This document shows positions 26,720 through 31,160 of a DNA stretch of 31,160 nt, piece by piece. How positions within the stretch are numbered: position 1 is the stretch's first letter; each line of letters starts with the position of its first letter. The notes under the pieces were generated by a model. It had not been told where the DNA came from. It ran no database searches and worked only from the letters and a program-made list of their open reading frames with translations. This stretch comes from Pseudomonadota bacterium (GTDB lineage Bacteria; Pseudomonadota; Alphaproteobacteria; Rhizobiales; Rhizobiaceae). A program made the translations under genes and the position numbers. The stretch lies in NCBI GenBank assembly GCA_038749385.1, contig JBCDIB010000001.1, positions 1 through 31,160 of the forward strand. The letters run 5' to 3'.

Positions 26720-28294
26720 ATGATGAAACGCGCCCTCTTCACGGCGGCAATGGCCGTCGGATTGACAGCCTTCGCCCCGGTCTTCGACGCATCCAAGCCC
26801 GCACATCTTGGGTCTGGGCTAATGTCGTCCGCCGCCCATGCGGAAAGCCTCATTCGTCTGCGCGACGATGGTGGTGCCAGCCTTCAGAACATCAATTTGG
26901 GCCTGAACAAATCCCTCGTGATTGATCTGCCCCGCGACGCGCACGACTTGCTCGTCGCCAGCCCCAAGGTCGCTGATGCTGTGATCCGTACAAAGCGGCG
27001 CATCTATGTGTTTGGCAAAAGCGTCGGTGAGACGAATATCTTTGCCTTTGACAAAGCGGGCGCCCCCATTCTCTCGCTCAATCTCAATATTGAGCGCGAT
27101 ATTGCGGGCATTAAAGAACAGCTCGCCCGCTTCATCCCAGGCTCAAAAATCAACGTGGAGCTGATCAGCGATAACGTCATTCTCACCGGTCAGGTCCAAA
27201 CCCCGCAGGACGCAGAACGTGCGGTCGCGCTTGCCCAGGCCTTCATCAAGGGCGGCGAGGCGACCACCGGTGCTTTCACGCAGACGGCGACGTCGAGTGG
27301 TAACACCGGCGCTGGTGGATTTGCGGGATCTTCCGTGGCCATTGCGCAACCCGAAGCACGGCGCGAATCGCAAATTATCAACCTCCTGAAAATCGCTGCA
27401 GAGGATCAGGTGACGTTGAAAGTCACCATCGCTGAAGTTCAGCGCTCAGTGATGAAGCAGATGGGTTTTTCGGGTCAGTTCAGTGCCGGAAACGGGGGTA
27501 TGGCCTTCCGGGTCGGCAAGGGGTTCTCCTCGGGCCTTGGCAATCAGCAGGGCACAGGCTCGATTTCGGCCGGAGGCAGCATTGGCGACTTCGGATTTGA
27601 CGCCAACCTACACGCCTTCGAGCGGGCAGGTGTGGCCAGAACGCTGGCCGAGCCCACTCTCACAGCGATTTCCGGCAAAGCCGCTTCATTCAAGGTTGGT
27701 GGCAGCTACTTTGTCGGCGGCGGCCGTGAGCGGGCGATTGAAGAATTCAACGGCGTTGACCGCGAGGTCTTCACCGACACGTTCACCGAAAAAGAATATG
27801 GTATCGGCCTCAACTTTACGCCTGTCGTCTTGGCCCCGGGCCGCATTTCAATCGAGATGAGCACTGAAGTTTCCGAGCCCGACATTCAGGGCGCAGCCAA
27901 TGATGGTGTTGGCGGTATTTTCGCCGGTATGCGCAAGCGCGAGGCCAGCACCACTGTTGAACTACCCTCCGGTGGATCCCTGATGGTCGCTGGTCTGGTG
28001 CAGGATTCGGTGCGCCAGTCGATCACGAAAATCCCCGGTCTGGGCAATCTGCCGATCCTTGGCACACTGTTCCGAAGCCGCGATTTTCAGCGCGACGAGA
28101 CCGAGCTGGTCATCATCGTAACGCCTTATCTGGTCCGGCCCGTCGCCAATCACAAGCTTCAGCGCCCGGACAACAATTTCCAGGCGACGTCAGACATCAA
28201 CGCCAATCTTCTTGGCCGCATCACCAAGGTCTACGGGCGTCAAACGCCCGCAGGCAGCCGCTACAATGGCAAGATCGGTTTCATCATCCAATAG
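26720..28294 (+). CDS. cpaC: Tad secretin CpaC/RcpA
   Basis: LGLNKS.VIDLP.DA.D.LVA.P.VADA, QVTLKVTIAEV, LAEPTLTAISG, F.PVVL.PGRIS, KIPGLG.LPILG.LFRS.DFQ..ETELVIIVTPY. Start 26720 (RBS) or 26708. Confidence 0.96.
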   Translation: MMKRALFTAAMAVGLTAFAPVFDASKPAHLGSGLMSSAAHAESLIRLRDDGGASLQNINLGLNKSLVIDLPRDAHDLLVASPKVADAVIRTKRRIYVFGKSVGETNIFAFDKAGAPILSLNLNIERDIAGIKEQLARFIPGSKINVELISDNVILTGQVQTPQDAERAVALAQAFIKGGEATTGAFTQTATSSGNTGAGGFAGSSVAIAQPEARRESQIINLLKIAAEDQVTLKVTIAEVQRSVMKQMGFSGQFSAGNGGMAFRVGKGFSSGLGNQQGTGSISAGGSIGDFGFDANLHAFERAGVARTLAEPTLTAISGKAASFKVGGSYFVGGGRERAIEEFNGVDREVFTDTFTEKEYGIGLNFTPVVLAPGRISIEMSTEVSEPDIQGAANDGVGGIFAGMRKREASTTVELPSGGSLMVAGLVQDSVRQSITKIPGLGNLPILGTLFRSRDFQRDETELVIIVTPYLVRPVANHKLQRPDNNFQATSDINANLLGRITKVYGRQTPAGSRYNGKIGFIIQ

Positions 28295-28304
28295 CGCCCC
28301 GGCA

Positions 28305-28324
28305 CCGCCCCTTTGAAGGGGCGG
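28305..28324. other. GC hairpin between cpaC and cpaD without a U-tract
   Basis: CCGCCCCT-TTGA-AGGGGCGG perfect 8-bp stem. Confidence 0.55.
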
Positions 28325-28364
28325 CCGAACTAACCGGCTATCGAGAGTTTGAAAGGCCAGCAAA

Positions 28365-29003
28365 ATGGCATCGACAAAGAAAATTCTGGCGATTGGTTTC
28401 GTGGGTCTGGCGTTGGCTGCCTGTGGACGGACAACCGATCCAAATACCGTATCCACGGTCAGCACCGATTACCGCAAGACTCACCCCATTTTGGTGGGAG
28501 AGAGCGAGCGCAAGCTGCACCTGATGGTTGGCAGTGATGATTCAAGCCTCGCTTTTCCCGACCAGCGAAGGGTAGAGGCGTTTGCGGAAGGGTTCTTGTC
28601 ATCTGGCGCCCACGTGTTGACCGTCCACAAACCCCATGGTGCCCACAATCAACATGGCGTTGAACGCGTTTTGCCCGATGTTCTGCGCCAGCTGCGCAAG
28701 TCAGGTGTTCGCGGTCATCATGTAAAGGTGCAAAGCTACAGCTTGCGCAGTGCCCAGGAGGCAGGTGCAGTGCACCTGAGTTACCGCACACTGACAGCCT
28801 CGGTGCACGAATGTGGCACTTGGGAAGAAGACATCACCGACACGTTTGAAAATCGCAACTACCAGAATTTCGGTTGCGCCAGCCAGGCCAACTTTGCGGC
28901 GCAATTGGCTGATCCCAAGGATCTGGTCACACCGCGGGCACCAAGTCCCGTCGATGCAGAACAGCGCGCAAACGTGTTGGAAGCCTATAAGGAAGTCGAC
29001 TGA
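28365..29003 (+). CDS. cpaD: Pilus biogenesis lipoprotein CpaD
   Basis: Lipobox LALAAC, DYR..HPI and C-terminal C..W.ED....F.N..Y.NFGCA.Q.N.AA...DP.DLV.PR. Confidence 0.93.
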   Translation: MASTKKILAIGFVGLALAACGRTTDPNTVSTVSTDYRKTHPILVGESERKLHLMVGSDDSSLAFPDQRRVEAFAEGFLSSGAHVLTVHKPHGAHNQHGVERVLPDVLRQLRKSGVRGHHVKVQSYSLRSAQEAGAVHLSYRTLTASVHECGTWEEDITDTFENRNYQNFGCASQANFAAQLADPKDLVTPRAPSPVDAEQRANVLEAYKEVD

Positions 29004-30556
29004 TGAGTGAGAACCTTTTCAAGGATAAGGCAGCAACACCCTCAAAGGTCGCAGATGCATTCTTTGCGGATGATGCTGGCGAGTTCGCCGCCGACGCAAA
29101 AGTGGACGCGCAGGCAATGGCACCAGCGATGGCGCCTGATCTACCCTCGCAGCCAGAGTTTGCAGCGGAGACGATGTCCGATGCGATGCCTGAAGCAATG
29201 CCTCACGCTGCGCCCCCTCCCGTTGAGCCGATGGTGCTGGAACAGCCCGAACCCACAGCGATGCGCGTGGCCGCCCGTCAGGTCGAAGCCAATGACGAAC
29301 AGTTTCTGTCGGCTATGGAAACTGTGCGGCCCATCCCGCGCATCTCACTTCAGGCTTTTTGTGCCACCGAGCGTTTTGCGTCCGTGCTTGAGCAGGGTGC
29401 CAATGACCGCCGCATGAGCAAGGCCCATGTGAAAGTGCATATGGGCTCCATTCCCGCCGCAACCCAATTCTACAGCCAAGCTCCAACGCCAAACCTGCTG
29501 GTGCTGGAATCCAAGGAGGCGCCCGAGATCATCATCGCGCAGCTCGACGAATTGTCGACCCATTGCGACCCCGGCACCAAAGTTGTGGTCGTTGGCCACA
29601 CAAATGACGTGACGCTGTACCGTGAACTCATTCAGCGTGGTGTGTCGGAATATATGGTTGCACCGGTGGAATTGCCGGCCATGCTGCACGAGATTTCGAC
29701 GCTCTTTGTCGATCCCGAGGCCGAGCCTCTGGGTAAATTTGTAGCCTTTGTGGGTGCCAAGGGCGGCGTCGGGTCGTCCACCATCGCGCACAATTGCGCC
29801 TGGCACATGTCCAATCAGAACGAGTCTGATGTTGTGCTGGCCGACCTCGATATCGCATTCGGAACGGCCAACATTGATTTCGATCAGGAGCCTGCCCAGA
29901 CGATTGCCGATGTGATCTTTTCCCCCGAGCGGCTGGATGAAACCTATTTGGATCGCATCCTTGCAAAGTGCTCTGAGCATTTAAGTTTGCTTGCGGCCCC
30001 GGCTACGCTGGACCGGACCTGCGATTTTGAAGAGCTGACCTTCGACGCATTGTTCGATTTGCTGCAAGCCGGCGTGCCCAATGTGGTGCTGGACTTGCCA
30101 AACACATGGACCAGCTGGAGCCAACATGTGCTGACCCGGGCGGACCACGTGGTGATCACCGCGACCCCGGATCTTGCCGGGCTGCGCAACACCAAGCTGT
30201 TGATGGACAAGCTTGCTCAGCTTCGCCCCAATGACGACAAACCGCATCTGGTGCTGAACCAGGTGGGTGTTCCCAAGCGCCCGGAAATCTCGGTTGCTGA
30301 CTTCTGCGCCCCGTTGGGAATTGAAGCCGCATCGGTTCTACCGTTTGCTCCGGAACTGTTCGGGACCGCTGCCAACAATGGCCAGATGATCGGTGAGTTT
30401 GAGCCAAAACACGACGCCGTTCAGGTGCTCGACGCCCTGGCCGCCACCGTCACCGGACGAAAGCAGCTTGTGGTTTCCAAGCCCCGTGGGGGGCTGGGTC
30501 CAATTCTGTCCAAACTTGGTTTGGGTGGAAAAGGCTCCGCCACCGCAAAGGCTTAG
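29003..30556 (+). CDS. cpaE: CpaE/TadZ (atypical receiver + MinD/ParA-like domain) with a long N-terminal extension
   Basis: PRISLQAF, RRMSKAHV, TPNL.VLE, G..NDV.LYREL..RGVSEY, deviant Walker A GAKGGVGSST.AHN and DLD..FGTA..DF. Confidence 0.94.
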   Translation: MSENLFKDKAATPSKVADAFFADDAGEFAADAKVDAQAMAPAMAPDLPSQPEFAAETMSDAMPEAMPHAAPPPVEPMVLEQPEPTAMRVAARQVEANDEQFLSAMETVRPIPRISLQAFCATERFASVLEQGANDRRMSKAHVKVHMGSIPAATQFYSQAPTPNLLVLESKEAPEIIIAQLDELSTHCDPGTKVVVVGHTNDVTLYRELIQRGVSEYMVAPVELPAMLHEISTLFVDPEAEPLGKFVAFVGAKGGVGSSTIAHNCAWHMSNQNESDVVLADLDIAFGTANIDFDQEPAQTIADVIFSPERLDETYLDRILAKCSEHLSLLAAPATLDRTCDFEELTFDALFDLLQAGVPNVVLDLPNTWTSWSQHVLTRADHVVITATPDLAGLRNTKLLMDKLAQLRPNDDKPHLVLNQVGVPKRPEISVADFCAPLGIEAASVLPFAPELFGTAANNGQMIGEFEPKHDAVQVLDALAATVTGRKQLVVSKPRGGLGPILSKLGLGGKGSATAKA

Positions 30557-30586
30557 AGCAAGAATTAGGGTCGGAAGGACCGCACG

Positions 30587-31051
30587 ATGTTTGGAAAACG
30601 TGGCGATGGAAAATCACCTGGCCCTTCGACAGGTTCGGGTGGTCTGGGCGCAGGCGGCGGGGTGGCAACAGCTGCACCGCCAAAAACCGCAGCTCCAGGC
30701 CCGGCCCCAACGCCTTCACCATCACCCGCGCCTGCTGCGGGTCAAGTGGCTGCGCCAAAAATGCAGCCAAGCATTGCGGACGCGGCTCCAGTGCCCACCC
30801 CGGCTCCCGCGCCCGCCGCGCGGTCAACGTCGGGCAATAACCGCAATCAGGATTATTACGCCACCAAGGCCAGCATTTTTGCGGCTCTGATCGACACCAT
30901 TGATCTGGGTCAGCTGGCACAGCTGGACAATGAAGCGGCCCGCGAAGAAATCCGCGATATCGTTTCTGACATCATCGCGATCAAGAACCTCGTCATGTCC
31001 ATCGCCGAGCAGGAGGCTCTGCTTGAGGACATTTGCAATGACGTGCTTGGC
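30587..31051 (+). CDS. cpaF: N-terminal 155 codons of the Tad ATPase CpaF/TadA, interrupted at about 31051
   Basis: AAGGA RBS and ATG 30587. MFGKRG start, Pro/Ala linker, then DYYATKASIFAALIDTIDLGQLAQLD.EAAREEIRDIV.DII.IKN.VMSI.EQE.LLEDICNDVLG, all CpaF-typical. The expected continuation (YGPLEPLL...) is absent. The frame stays open to the window end, so it is missing from the ORF track. Confidence 0.9.
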
Positions 31052-31160
31052 ATCAAACCACAAATAGCTCGACGGATTTTCCAGGAGCATGCGGCGGCCG
31101 ATATGGTCCTGGAGCTTTTTGATGTGGTCGCTCACCCGCGCCACCGTGGCCTCGGTGTAC
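31052..31160 (-). CDS. Internal fragment of a DUF692/UPF0276 (MNIO, multinuclear non-heme iron oxidative enzyme)-like gene; 5' part outside the window, 3' part missing
   Basis: The minus strand from 31159 reads YTEATVARVSDHIKKLQDHIGRRMLLENPSSYLWFD, matching the DUF692 pattern PYT.E....V..HI...Q..LGR..LLENPS.YL.F. After this the frame runs into the antisense of cpaF. Confidence 0.75.

Noticed and set aside
29753-29782. CpaE Walker A lacking the catalytic Lys (GAKGGVGSST) as a sign of decay
   Set aside because: This deviation is normal for the CpaE/TadZ family.
30824-31144. 106-aa minus-strand ORF treated as an intact gene
   Set aside because: Only the first 31 codons look like real protein (DUF692-like). 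The rest is the antisense of cpaF, so the ORF is a chimera across the junction.
1-31160. CRISPR arrays, tRNA/rRNA genes, IS elements, prophage or defence genes
   Set aside because: No regularly spaced repeats, RNA gene motifs, transposase or integrase ORFs, or terminal inverted repeats were recognised. Nearly all sequence is explained by housekeeping and pilus genes.

Overview
GC-rich alphaproteobacterial chromosomal window, with gene content and order typical of Hyphomicrobiales/Rhizobiales. Left to right: a 5'-truncated CBS-domain gene; a DUF2244, ada/ogt, nth DNA-repair group; a membrane HAMP-GGDEF-EAL c-di-GMP enzyme; a minus-strand run mgsA-glk-msbA-like-dapB-gpmA-LysE; a nucleoside uptake and salvage cluster (BMP/CUT2 ABC transporter with an embedded VOC gene, cdd, PNP, deoC, deoA, converging on deoB-add-upp and a TIGR02281 aspartic protease); a PhnD-like binding protein with no transporter partners; and a Tad/Cpa pilus locus (pilin, cpaA-E, start of cpaF) with CtrA-like boxes. 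The main anomaly is at the right edge. cpaF breaks off at about 31051, right after the conserved DICNDVLG, and is joined head-to-head to an internal fragment of a DUF692/MNIO-like gene on the minus strand. This is an inversion-type junction that could be a real rearrangement or an assembly/amplification chimera. No tRNA, rRNA, CRISPR array or IS element was recognised. All family assignments come from motif recognition by eye, with no database searches run.
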